From contig CAVQBT010000067.1 of the NCBI GenBank assembly GCA_963710795.1, positions 64,232 to 128,231 of the forward strand: 64,000 nt of DNA, read 5' to 3'. The DNA comes from an uncultured delta proteobacterium. Lineage in GTDB: Bacteria > Desulfobacterota > Desulfobacteria > Desulfobacterales > JAFDCJ01. Positions 47,702 through 57,520 of the stretch are shown here, piece after piece. Each line of letters starts with the position of its first letter. Within the stretch, counting starts at the first letter, position 1. The position numbers and the translations under genes are program-made. The notes beneath the pieces are model-generated. The model ran no database searches. It saw only the letters and a program-made list of their open reading frames with translations, and was not told the origin of the DNA.

Positions 47702-49240
47702 TTACCTTGATTTTGAATTTGGAAATTTAGCATAGATGTCCCCACCTTTGGCAAAGGACGCTTCACCGGCAAGGCGATAATTGCTCAGGCGATCTTCGGG
47801 AATGTTCGGGGTGAACTTGCAGTCATTTTGCCAATCGATATAGATTGGTCCCGGTCTCAGAACACGGGGATCAATTTGAAGATCGGCACAGAGCAAGGCG
47901 ACCAAGTGTGATTTTTTCTTATATTTGGGGGTAAAACGAGAAAATGGTATTTGACGGGCCGCCAGAATCCTGTCCATGATCCCCTCTTCCAGGGTCCCGA
48001 GAACCTGATTTAGGTTGGAATAAGATTTTCCAGAACTGCGGCGGTATTTTTCCAGAGATATAATGGTGTATCCCTGTTTATAACTGGTTAAATTAACGAT
48101 TCTTGATTTGCCCGGGATTACCCGCTCAACCTGGTCACCCAGATCGGCGACGGATGGATAAAATTGAGGTTCGGGAAACATCTGGTTTAATCGCATCGCT
48201 ATCGCCGCATAAGTTTTAGAATAATTGCCGGACGGATTCCAGACGGACCAGCTATTGGTATCCGCCTGACACAGGCCATCGATCTGGGCATTGATATCCT
48301 CCGGTGCATACCAGAATCCCTGGATCCACGGGCGAATCCTTTTGCTCGTGCGCTTTTGCATCCGTTTCGTACTGAGTTCCATGATTTTCAGCGGGTTTTC
48401 GGCAGGATATTGCAGACCTCTAAAGCCTGGTGGAAAATGTGATGGATAGAACATCGGGCAAATTACATCGACATTCGGTGCCATAGCCTCTATCTTCTGG
48501 CCGACACCGAAATCTTCGGTTTTCCATGCCACCAATCCGAATACATCGACTGAAATGGTGACTCCGGTTGGTTTTAACTTCCGGTAAGCCGTTTCTAAAA
48601 ACTTGCCGATGCACTCGGTCCTGGAAAAATTATCGGGTTTAAGCGGGTAGTTGGTCACTGAAAGATCCCCATCACTGGGAAACCGAATATAATCAAATTG
48701 AATTTCATCGAAGCCCAGATCCACCAGCTCCTGACAAAGCGCGATATTGTATTCCCAAACCTTGCGGTTATAGGGATTGGCCCAGTATAAACCATTTTTA
48801 TCATTCCACGGTCCGCCGGTTCGGATGTCCAGAATACCCATAAACGGGTTATTATAGATCAGCCGGTGGTCGACAAAGACATCTAATTTCGCAATACACC
48901 AAAATCCTTTTGCTTTTAACCGTCGTAACGTATGTTCCACCAATCCGTTTGAGGCGACGGCGCCCATTTTTTGGGCAAGTTGATTGTTGGATTTCCAACG
49001 AATCCGACCGTGCGGGTCTTTAACATGCAGCACCACGGCATTCAGGCCGGCCAGTGCGGCGTAATGGGCAAATTCAGTGGTTTTGCGCTCGGTAAAACCG
49101 TGGGAAGGCAGGTAGATTGCGTTGACTGTTTCAGGCATAGCGGCGAGTCCGTCCGAGGAAAACATGACACCGCCTGTTAAAAGACTGCAAAGTAAAAAGA
49201 ATATCAGTTTTGATCGGATACCAGTATATAGGTTTGACAC
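47702..49240 (-). CDS. Secreted putative glycoside hydrolase (DUF4015/GH-like TIM-barrel family)
   Basis: Signal peptide. TIM-barrel-like blocks (...AVVLHVKD..., DEIQFDYIRFP, ...PWIQGFWY...) resembling the uncharacterised DUF4015 putative glycosyl-hydrolase family. Confidence 0.45.
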   Translation of the reverse strand: MSNLYTGIRSKLIFFLLCSLLTGGVMFSSDGLAAMPETVNAIYLPSHGFTERKTTEFAHYAALAGLNAVVLHVKDPHGRIRWKSNNQLAQKMGAVASNGLVEHTLRRLKAKGFWCIAKLDVFVDHRLIYNNPFMGILDIRTGGPWNDKNGLYWANPYNRKVWEYNIALCQELVDLGFDEIQFDYIRFPSDGDLSVTNYPLKPDNFSRTECIGKFLETAYRKLKPTGVTISVDVFGLVAWKTEDFGVGQKIEAMAPNVDVICPMFYPSHFPPGFRGLQYPAENPLKIMELSTKRMQKRTSKRIRPWIQGFWYAPEDINAQIDGLCQADTNSWSVWNPSGNYSKTYAAIAMRLNQMFPEPQFYPSVADLGDQVERVIPGKSRIVNLTSYKQGYTIISLEKYRRSSGKSYSNLNQVLGTLEEGIMDRILAARQIPFSRFTPKYKKKSHLVALLCADLQIDPRVLRPGPIYIDWQNDCKFTPNIPEDRLSNYRLAGEASFAKGGDIYAKFPNSKSR

Positions 49241-49442
49241 GATTTATTCTCCCCCTGTCGAATTTACACAACATTCATGATCTTTAGGATGCGCTGATCC
49301 AGTGACGGCCGGAACGGTTCAGCATCGATATAAAGATATATCGGTTGTTTTGGTAAATTCTTGAGTGGGGAGCGCCTTTGCCGGAATAGCGATTTATTAT
49401 TTCATTGGTTTAAAGCGCTAAAGTTTGATATAAAAGGTTAAT

Positions 49443-50399
49443 ATGAAATTGCGCGTCAGATTGCCATTTTTGCTAGGTTTGTTGATATTTTTATCCTTTG
49501 GCGGGCATGGCATTACCGGTGTTGGAAAAACCGCTTTTGCATTCGAAATCGATGCCGATAAGGTTTTGTGGAACCAGCTTTCCTACCGGGCAAAAAGTAT
49601 TTTTGGCAGGGTGAAAACCGATGTTCATTTGATGGCCGTCCCGGTCGAAGCGGTCGCCGATTTGCTGATAACAGACCCGGCGGGTGAAGCCTTGCAGCCA
49701 TCGGGTGAAACCATATATACTTTAACGGTTAACTCCACTATTAATCCGTTGTTCGGATCCGATGAAATATTAAAAACTAAATCCTGGTTTGACCCGACCG
49801 GTGCCGGCGCACTGCAGCGTGTCAGGCAGCGTCTGGGGAATAAAAAGTGGCAAAGGAGTTATCGCTTTTCCAAAAAGGGAGTCTTTCGGTTGAAAAAAAC
49901 GCCGAAGGATTCAAGAGAAGAAAGTTTGGCACTGGATCAATGGACCCAGATCTCCAGTCATTTCTATTCCTACGGGGATAGTCGCATTGGATGTCCACAG
50001 GTCCTGGAACCGTTATCATTGCTTTATATCGTTTCCGCAATGAAAGCAACAACGGATCCAACGCCTTTGAATCTATGTGTTTTTTATAAAAAGCAATTAC
50101 ACCGGGTCAAGGTTTCCATTGCCGGAACACAATCTTTGAAGGTGGACTATACTGCGAAGCGGGGCGATAGCCAAATTCGAGTGAATAACACAATTGATAC
50201 TATCAAAATCTCCTGTGAACCCAGTCCCTTGTCCCCAACAGGGGTGGACCCGGAGGAGTTTTCCTTTTTGGGGATGAAAGGAAATTTTGATATATTTATA
50301 GATAAAGCTTCAAGAATTCCGGTTCAGGTGAGCGGGAAAATTTCTCCGTTCGGGAAAGTGGATATTCGGTTGCATGACGTCGTGTTAAACCGTAATTGA
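49443..50399 (+). CDS. Secreted hypothetical protein (paralog fragment at 53365-53637)
   Basis: Signal peptide MKLRVRLPFLLGLLIFLSFG. 318 aa. C-terminal about 90 aa are about 70% identical to the fragment ORF at 53338..53637. Confidence 0.5.
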   Translation: MKLRVRLPFLLGLLIFLSFGGHGITGVGKTAFAFEIDADKVLWNQLSYRAKSIFGRVKTDVHLMAVPVEAVADLLITDPAGEALQPSGETIYTLTVNSTINPLFGSDEILKTKSWFDPTGAGALQRVRQRLGNKKWQRSYRFSKKGVFRLKKTPKDSREESLALDQWTQISSHFYSYGDSRIGCPQVLEPLSLLYIVSAMKATTDPTPLNLCVFYKKQLHRVKVSIAGTQSLKVDYTAKRGDSQIRVNNTIDTIKISCEPSPLSPTGVDPEEFSFLGMKGNFDIFIDKASRIPVQVSGKISPFGKVDIRLHDVVLNRN

Positions 50400-50789
50400 G
50401 ATTAAGCAAAAAAAAGATAGACTCAGTAGTGATAACTTGCGAGGTAAGCGAGGAATGAAGATGGAGCCCCCTCGAATACCGTGCCTGTTTTCAGGGGACT
50501 CCTGCTTTTGAGAATATGAGAAACAAAGACAGGGGCCATGCTAACGGCCGCGGTGGATACCCTCACTCGTTTGGCAACTTCAACGAGCACATTTATTATC
50601 AAACCAATCGCTATCAAGGCTCGAAGATCGAAAAGGGATCGGGCTTGGTATGTGACAAATAAGTATTCGAAAATTACCATTTCCGATTCCAGCCCTTACC
50701 ACTCTTTTCAGATCCAGAAATTGATATCATCTACTATATATTGCGAGTTGGTTAAGTCAGTCAATGTTCCCTATTATATACATTATTCC

Positions 50790-50818
50790 TTGACAAATTA
50801 TCTGTCTGAAGATAATCT
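50790..50818 (+). promoter_or_regulatory. Sigma70-type promoter positioned for a leaderless transcript of the AAA ATPase gene
   Basis: TTGACA (50790-50795), 17-bp spacer, TAATCT (50813-50818). The ATG is at 50825, 6 nt after the -10, so the predicted TSS is at or next to the start codon. Confidence 0.45.
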
Positions 50819-50824
50819 TTTGAA

Positions 50825-52174
50825 ATGATAAATTTTTATGGTCGAGAAAAGGAGCTTTCAGTCATTGGTAGTTGGTTTGAGGCTGCCCAAAAAGGGACTC
50901 TGTTCACGGCAATCATCGGTCGCAGACGAATCGGCAAAACTCGCCTGTGGATAGAAGCCAGCAGGAAAAAGGAAAGCTGCCTTTATCTATTCTGCTTACC
51001 AGGTCACATAAAAAGGACTTTTGAACAGGTTGAGCCGCAGTTTTATGATTTAGGATTTACATCAGTACCCCAGGATCTGACTCAATTCTTTAGGGCGATC
51101 GAATTGATTTTGTCCAGGGGTAAAGCGGTAACCATCTTCCTTGATGAAATTCAGAATTTGTTTCTCGAAAACAAGGATGATTTGGCCCTCTTCCAATATT
51201 ACATCGATAATTTTAAGAGAAAACGGTATCCATGTATGATCGTTTTTTGCGGCTCTGTTCAAACCCTGCTGCATAAGATTCTTTTTGAAGAGCACTCACC
51301 GATATATGGCAGGCTCGATCAAAAAATTCAATTGGAGCCCCTTGGATTTTATACGCTTAGGCAATTATATTTCGATAATGATATTAATAAACCGGAACAG
51401 CACCTGAGGCTGTTCAGTATGTTCGGCACTAACCCACGGTTCTATGAAATTTTAGTACAGTTTAACCTCATAAGGTCGAGCACCAAGAAGCTCCTTGAAA
51501 ATGGCTGGCTGGGACTTACGGGCCTTTTTAGCGATGAGCTGAATAAAATGATGCTGCCGGAATTAAAAAGATTGTCCCATGTTTATTCAGGCATCCTGTC
51601 GGCAATGGCAAAAGGCCTTCAGGACGCTAATGAAATTGCCAGCCATGCTGGTATCCATGCAACCTCTTTGGCCAATTACCTGCCATTTTTAATAGATGAT
51701 TTGGACATGGTGGAAAAAGAGACTCAGGTTACAGAAAGGTCCAACTCGAAACTTTCTCGTTACATCATTAAAGATCCCTTTATTCTCTTTTGGTATCGAT
51801 ACATCCAAAAAAATATGGCGCTCCTGGAGATGGGACAAACCGGCAATGTGGTTCGCAAGATTGCCGATGATCTTCCAAACCTCGAAGGCAGAGTGTTGGA
51901 GATAATTTTCAGAGAAAAAATTCTCGCTCGGCCGCCCATGGAATTTGATGTTGCCGGGTCTGTTTTTAAAAACCGGGAGGGTATCGAAATCGACTATTTG
52001 TTGGCCTCGCAGAAATCAAACCATATTCATGCTTATGAGATAAAACGAGGCAAGGTTAACCGCGATGCACAGTTAAATCGGTTAATCGGCAAAACCGCGC
52101 GACTGACATTCAAATCCATAAAACTTCATAACCCGCAGATTACCGGCGAAGTCTTGAATCTGGAGGATATGTAG
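50825..52174 (+). CDS. AAA+ ATPase of the archaeal-ATPase/DUF234 family
   Basis: FYGREKEL...P-loop GRRRIGKT, Walker B FLDEIQ, and the C-terminal DUF234-like region. 449 aa. Confidence 0.65.
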   Translation: MINFYGREKELSVIGSWFEAAQKGTLFTAIIGRRRIGKTRLWIEASRKKESCLYLFCLPGHIKRTFEQVEPQFYDLGFTSVPQDLTQFFRAIELILSRGKAVTIFLDEIQNLFLENKDDLALFQYYIDNFKRKRYPCMIVFCGSVQTLLHKILFEEHSPIYGRLDQKIQLEPLGFYTLRQLYFDNDINKPEQHLRLFSMFGTNPRFYEILVQFNLIRSSTKKLLENGWLGLTGLFSDELNKMMLPELKRLSHVYSGILSAMAKGLQDANEIASHAGIHATSLANYLPFLIDDLDMVEKETQVTERSNSKLSRYIIKDPFILFWYRYIQKNMALLEMGQTGNVVRKIADDLPNLEGRVLEIIFREKILARPPMEFDVAGSVFKNREGIEIDYLLASQKSNHIHAYEIKRGKVNRDAQLNRLIGKTARLTFKSIKLHNPQITGEVLNLEDM

Positions 52175-52583
52175 GCCTGAACTGGGGGTTCCAGGTTCAA
52201 GTTTCAACGGTTATCAACTTGTTGACTAAATAAACTAATTAAAGAGATGAGTGCGCTATATTTTCCAACCATCTAAAAGTAGCGATCGTTGCTGTATCCT
52301 TAAAACCATGATCGATGATTATCAAGTTGGATTAGTCAACAATGTCCCAGAGTTTTCCTTTTATTTGGAACTGCGAACAAAGTCTGTCATGATAAAGTGC
52401 AGTTTTACATAGGTGATTTTATCGCCCTTCTCCCCGACCATCACCACTTAAAAACGGATTGGGTCATTTTAAACCGGCTATTAAGACAAAAAGTCGAAAA
52501 AGGAATGAACTCTCATTCGCCTTTACTTCTTCCTGCAATAGAATTTTATAATTTTGTGGGCCCCAATAACATATTATTTACCT

Positions 52584-53129
52584 CTAACTGCTTTCATCTC
52601 CCGCTGCCACATAGCTTTTGGAAATTATCAATGTGAGCAGAGAAAATGGTATAAATGCAATCGTTAAAAGCCCTGATAAAAAGGGATAGGCAGTCGGTGG
52701 CTGAACCGGCACTGCATAAATTAGCATCAGACAAAGAACTGAATTTACACTAGCGGCAAGAAAGGCAATGGCAAGTGCAATGTACCTGAACAGGTTTGGA
52801 TGTGAAGCTGTATTCATGCTGGAAGAAAAATAAAGTATAGCTGACAGAATTAATGCCATGATTAGAGATGAGATCACACCAATTTCCGGGACCGGTTGAT
52901 TTGATCCAAAGATATAAGGTGAATAAAGGCTTACGCTAAATAAAGTGAACCAGCAAAATAGAACAAATACTCCAATTGCAATTAAAAGCCAACGCATAAA
53001 AGACGGTTGCATTAAAGGTGGAGGATAAATATGTTTGGCCTTAATAATTGAATAAACCGCTAATAATAAATTTATAATACAAATAATGATCGGGATAATA
53101 GGAATGTTGCGCCCATCCATAAGTCTCAT
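52584..53129 (-). CDS. Hypothetical polytopic membrane protein
   Basis: 181 aa with 5-6 hydrophobic helices. No family recognised. Confidence 0.4.
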   Translation of the reverse strand: MRLMDGRNIPIIPIIICIINLLLAVYSIIKAKHIYPPPLMQPSFMRWLLIAIGVFVLFCWFTLFSVSLYSPYIFGSNQPVPEIGVISSLIMALILSAILYFSSSMNTASHPNLFRYIALAIAFLAASVNSVLCLMLIYAVPVQPPTAYPFLSGLLTIAFIPFSLLTLIISKSYVAAGDESS

Positions 53130-53364
53130 TGTAGATCGGATTGACTTATGATGGCAATAAATAAAGCTGAAGCCGCCAAATAGAGTAGAAATAAAAATGA
53201 AGCTATCCGCATAACAAACCTCTTTCCTTTTATCTCTTAGTCACCATGGAATTGCATCTTAACCTATGCAAAAAAATGGTAACCTTACTTTAAAACTCGG
53301 TGGCTACAACACTTAACATAAAAAACAACTGCACCTGGTGACAGTTTCGGTTAGCGGATCACGA

Positions 53365-53637
53365 TTGTTGAAGGTAAATTTTCTTGAGACGCAGGGCGAT
53401 GATCTCAAGCGAGTGGACAAGAAAATTGACACGATCAAAATTTCCTTCCAAGCGCGTTCGCTGGCCCCAACAAACAAAGAACCCGAGGAATTCTCCTTTC
53501 TGGGACTTAAAGGAAATTTTGATATTTATATCGATAAAGCTTCCCGGGTTCCTGTCCAGGTGAGCGGGAAAATCACCGCCTTCGGCGAAGTTGACATCCG
53601 TTTGCAGGAGATGAATCTAACGCCGCCAAACAGCTGA
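53365..53637 (+). pseudogene. Truncated paralog of the 49443..50399 secreted protein (C-terminal about 90 codons only)
   Basis: ...KKIDTIKISFQARSLAPTNKEPEEFSFLGLKGNFDIYIDKASRVPVQVSGKITAFGEVDIRLQEM vs ...NTIDTIKISCEPSPLSPTGVDPEEFSFLGMKGNFDIFIDKASRIPVQVSGKISPFGKVDIRLHDV. No N-terminal portion is present. Confidence 0.65.
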
Positions 53638-53928
53638 ATTCAGAATGGAACTATAAAACCGATAATTTTTTGCGACTCACCCGTTCGCACAACCAACGTC
53701 CAGCAATGACTTAAATCCAATTTGGCTAGCTTTTTCCAGCACAAAATGAAGATAAGATAAATATTCATAACCCCACGATAAGTTTCTTACTTGTGAAAAA
53801 TTTATATCCGTCCCACTTCGGAATGTAGTGGTAAGGAAAAGCATATTTATTCTCCTGCTTTACCTGTTGAACGCTTAGTTGTCCCATCACGAAACACCTC
53901 TATTCTGCGGAAGACTTTTGGGTTAGAC

Positions 53929-55140
53929 TCAGAAAATCGCCGTAAGTTGGCGACGATAAAATTCCTTGAGCTGATCAAAAATGATTTCCTGCCTGTAGCG
54001 TTGCACCACTTTTCTGCGGGCGGCATGTTTCAGAGATTCTCTTAACGCATCATTTTTAAACAAGTTTAGCACCGGTTCAATAAATGCATCCTCGACATTC
54101 GGGTCCGGTACCAAGATAACTTCATCATTTGAATAATGCTCCGCTGCCCCCCCATGGTCGGCCGCGATACAGGGCAATCCGCTGGCGGAAGCCTCCAGTA
54201 GAGTATTGGCCATACCTTCCGGATGCAGGGTCGGGAATACATATAAATCTGCAGCCTGGTAGCAGGTGTGAATATCATTTTGATCCACCGCTCCCTGAAT
54301 ACGGACATTGCTGTATAAATCCAGGGTACTAATCATTTTTTCGAGATATTGCCGGTATTTCGAGTCTCCTCCGCCAACGATCCACAGATAGGTATTCGGC
54401 GCTTCGGATAATATTTTTGGCCACGAGTGGAGAAGCAGATGGGCGCCCTTTTTGGGGACCTGTCGACTCAGCAGGAGTACGATAAATTTTTTATCGGGGA
54501 GGTTCCATTTTTTTCGCAGATTTCGCTTATCTTCCGGAGATGCAGGCTTGAATTTACAGACGTCCACTGCATTGGGGATCACTTTCACCAACGGTTCATA
54601 ACGGTCAGCGCGTGCTTTATCGAATCGATAGGCAGCGTGGGTTTGAGTCCAGATGATATCATAACTTTTCAGGCTGCAATACCTTTTGAATTCTTTTTTT
54701 CCTAAAAAGTGGGTAAAGCGACGCTGGGCCAGGATAAATTTGCAAGGCCAGGTGACTGCCTTGCGAAGTTCTCTACCCATTTTGTATTGTTCATAGAAAA
54801 TTATAATTTTCGGTTTTAATTCCTGCAGCAGCCTGGCCGTCTGCCAGAGGTAGATCAGTTTATCGTTTCCGCTAATTCCATTAAATAGATAAGCTTTGCA
54901 GCGGTTGGGCAAACACAGGTACAGTTTGTGAGAAAGACTCAATCCCATTTTATTCACGGCAATAAAGGAGCCTTGGTTATCATTGTCGCCCTGGCCGGTG
55001 ATTTCCTTATCCCAGTAACTGATCATAACCTGGCGAAATTCATCGAATTGTCGGATTTGTTCGTAAATAAAGCGATTAAAAGAACCGGTCACAAAATGGG
55101 GTTTCTTTGACAAATGCAATATGTCGACATTGTGAATCAT
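53929..55140 (-). CDS. Glycosyltransferase family 4 (GT-B, retaining)
   Basis: C-terminal GT4 motif EGMANTLLEASASGLPCIAADHGGAAE and a GT-B N-terminal half. Confidence 0.75.
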   Translation of the reverse strand: MIHNVDILHLSKKPHFVTGSFNRFIYEQIRQFDEFRQVMISYWDKEITGQGDNDNQGSFIAVNKMGLSLSHKLYLCLPNRCKAYLFNGISGNDKLIYLWQTARLLQELKPKIIIFYEQYKMGRELRKAVTWPCKFILAQRRFTHFLGKKEFKRYCSLKSYDIIWTQTHAAYRFDKARADRYEPLVKVIPNAVDVCKFKPASPEDKRNLRKKWNLPDKKFIVLLLSRQVPKKGAHLLLHSWPKILSEAPNTYLWIVGGGDSKYRQYLEKMISTLDLYSNVRIQGAVDQNDIHTCYQAADLYVFPTLHPEGMANTLLEASASGLPCIAADHGGAAEHYSNDEVILVPDPNVEDAFIEPVLNLFKNDALRESLKHAARRKVVQRYRQEIIFDQLKEFYRRQLTAIF

Positions 55141-55172
55141 ATTAATCGGATATTAAAGATGGTGTGTGTATA

Positions 55173-56051
55173 TTAGAAAATTTGTCCCTGATTATGACTG
55201 ACCCGCAAAGAACTTGGTGACGGGACCCAGATATTTATGCAAGACGCTTTTGGTCGCCTTGCGAGCCAGATTCTGCATATATTCCGAGGAATATTGGGAC
55301 TCAATCTGCGGGTATTCGGCAAGATTCCAGTCTGACAGTCATAGCCGATGCATTTCATGTAGGCAGTGTAAGCCGGCTTAAATAGGCTAACATCCTCTAC
55401 CGTAAACCAATGGCGCCAGTCGCCGGTGGATTTTTTCCGGATCACCTTGGCCTTGCCGGTTGATTGCGGGACATTCGCATCAGCCTGGACATTAAAGCCA
55501 AGATATTCGTTGAGCGCATCGAAATTTTTTGCGACCATATTCTCATAGGTAAAAAAGAACCAATCCTCACCCAGTTGTTTCACAAAATCATGCATCCGCT
55601 GATAGCGAACCTGTTCTTCTTCAAAAACGTTCTCCATCGACAGCGGCCATTCATTGAATCTGGCATAACGGTATATCTCAGAAAAGGAAACGGAAGCGGG
55701 ATCGTTTTCTTTTTTCAAAACCAGATCCAGGTGGGCCTGGTACTGCTCTTTTTGGCCTTTGTTGCCTTTTTGCCACCGGTACAGCATCCGACTGACCGCC
55801 ACATCGCGGGGATCACGTGCCAGCCAGATTTTGCGGTCATATTGCACCTCTTTTAAGTGATTCAAATATAAGTCAAAACTCTTGCCCTTGCTTTCTTCAT
55901 AAGTATGTTTGTAGACAGCGTTTTCATAGTCTCCTAAATATTTTCCGGGCCGACCACCTGAAAAAGCCTGACAGTTCGGAAGTCCGCCCGCCACTTTGTA
56001 TACCAGAGCGGTGGTCCCTGACTTGCCGGTACCTAAAATAAAAATTCTCAT
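55173..56051 (-). CDS. Sulfotransferase (PAPS-dependent), paralog 1. Possible frameshift near the 3' end
   Basis: 5'-PSB P-loop LGTGKSGTT and 3'-PB RDPRDVAVS. About 70% identical to the 61466..62326 paralog up to ...GYDC. After that the paralog-like C-terminus (DWNLAEYPQIESQYSSEYMQNLARKATKSVLHKYLGPVTKFF) is only recovered in the -1 frame (around 55320). Confidence 0.7.
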   Translation of the reverse strand: MRIFILGTGKSGTTALVYKVAGGLPNCQAFSGGRPGKYLGDYENAVYKHTYEESKGKSFDLYLNHLKEVQYDRKIWLARDPRDVAVSRMLYRWQKGNKGQKEQYQAHLDLVLKKENDPASVSFSEIYRYARFNEWPLSMENVFEEEQVRYQRMHDFVKQLGEDWFFFTYENMVAKNFDALNEYLGFNVQADANVPQSTGKAKVIRKKSTGDWRHWFTVEDVSLFKPAYTAYMKCIGYDCQTGILPNTRRLSPNIPRNICRIWLARRPKASCINIWVPSPSSLRVSHNQGQIF

Positions 56052-56072
56052 ACTTAACCTCCAGAAATATAT

Positions 56073-57494
56073 TTAACCGGCGCTAATTCGGTAAAACCGG
56101 TTGAAAATTTTTTCAATTCTCAGTTCTGATTGGTCACCGAGCACCAGTTGAAATTGGTTCAATTTCGCCCGTATGTCATCAATGGAAATATCAGGATAGC
56201 GATGCCGCAAAAAATCAGGGCGGTTGTGCGATAAATTGGTGCGGTAACCCCTGATCCGTTTTTTGATTCGACGCCTGGTCGCCCAATACCAGCTTCGGAG
56301 CCGATTATTTAAACCGGGGGGCGAGGCATCGAATGAACGGCGTGCCATTTCTTCGAAAATATCAACCATGCGCTCAGAGGCCAGAGGGCCTTTCTGTGCT
56401 GCCAGATATCGATTAATTAGCGAATGGCGATGTTCCACGTCAGTCGGCTCAAATTTGTTGGATAGAATTCTGGCAAGAGTTTCTCTCAGTGTTTCGAACT
56501 CAAAGCACTGATAACTTAGCTGGTTGGCCAGGTGATGAAATGCCTTATCAAACCGTTCATTGACTGATGCCCGGTAAGATATAGCCGGCGTACTAACTGC
56601 AAAGGCTTCCACCCCGGTAGTGCACCCGTTGTGAATCAACACCTTTGCAGCAATTAACCAGGGGACTACATTTCCCTCATTAGTCACCTTAACACGTTTG
56701 AATTTTGCAGCAATATCCTGATAAATCTGCTGATTTTCGGAAGGGTGAGGCCGAACAATTATATTGAAGTCCGGGAAGGCTTTTTCCAGTTTCGGTATCA
56801 GTAATTGAAAATCTTTAAAGATAGAATATTTGTGATTATGCAGCGCTTCAGCGCTCGCGCGATTTAATCCCAGGCTGATGGCCTTGCGACCCAATTCGTT
56901 TTTATTTCCATTATTCAAGGCTGGCGGGATTAAATTCATATCCGCATGATAAGCATTAACCAAACCAAAATTGGTGTTGATCAGGATGAAATCACCGAAC
57001 TTTTCCCGGATTTTTTCCACTTCGCTATCATAATACACCCGAATCTCGGGCCGCAACAGATCGCCCCGTGGATTTCCGGTAACGCTGATTTTAACCGCCT
57101 TTTCTGAGGGAAATTCCGGATATTGACGCCACAATTCAGCGTTATCTTCACCCCAGGCCAACAAATGGGAAACATATCCCAGTGAAACCGGCGAGAGCCG
57201 ATGCCGGTAATAGGTCGCCGGCGGCAAATGCACCAGGGCTTCTTCATCCCAGGCCGCAATATGATGCCCAAGCCGGTGTAATGTCCGAAAGACACCTCTG
57301 CTGCCCTTGGTTATACTCTTGGACAGGTAAATGCTGTGGGGAAATGCGGGGATATGAAAATGCATCTCTCGGCGGGGGCCGATGATTGAAGAAAACCCAC
57401 GGCGAGCTGCAACGCAGGCCAACAGAAGTTTGGGGTCAAGCTCGCGCACCTGATTTTCGACTGGGATGAGAAGTGTCGGATTCAATTGTTCCAT
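56073..57494 (-). CDS. Capsule-polysaccharide-biosynthesis-family protein (KpsS/KpsC/LpsZ-like), paralog 1
   Basis: 473 aa. Paralogous to 62337..63758 and to the partial gene at the window end (shared LIPVENQVRELDPKLLLAC, IVRPHPSENQQIYQDIA, VIHNGCTTGVEA blocks). The family assignment is by overall resemblance only. Confidence 0.45.
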   Translation of the reverse strand: MEQLNPTLLIPVENQVRELDPKLLLACVAARRGFSSIIGPRREMHFHIPAFPHSIYLSKSITKGSRGVFRTLHRLGHHIAAWDEEALVHLPPATYYRHRLSPVSLGYVSHLLAWGEDNAELWRQYPEFPSEKAVKISVTGNPRGDLLRPEIRVYYDSEVEKIREKFGDFILINTNFGLVNAYHADMNLIPPALNNGNKNELGRKAISLGLNRASAEALHNHKYSIFKDFQLLIPKLEKAFPDFNIIVRPHPSENQQIYQDIAAKFKRVKVTNEGNVVPWLIAAKVLIHNGCTTGVEAFAVSTPAISYRASVNERFDKAFHHLANQLSYQCFEFETLRETLARILSNKFEPTDVEHRHSLINRYLAAQKGPLASERMVDIFEEMARRSFDASPPGLNNRLRSWYWATRRRIKKRIRGYRTNLSHNRPDFLRHRYPDISIDDIRAKLNQFQLVLGDQSELRIEKIFNRFYRISAG

Positions 57495-57520
57495 TATTTT
57501 CTTAATTATTATATCTTGAC

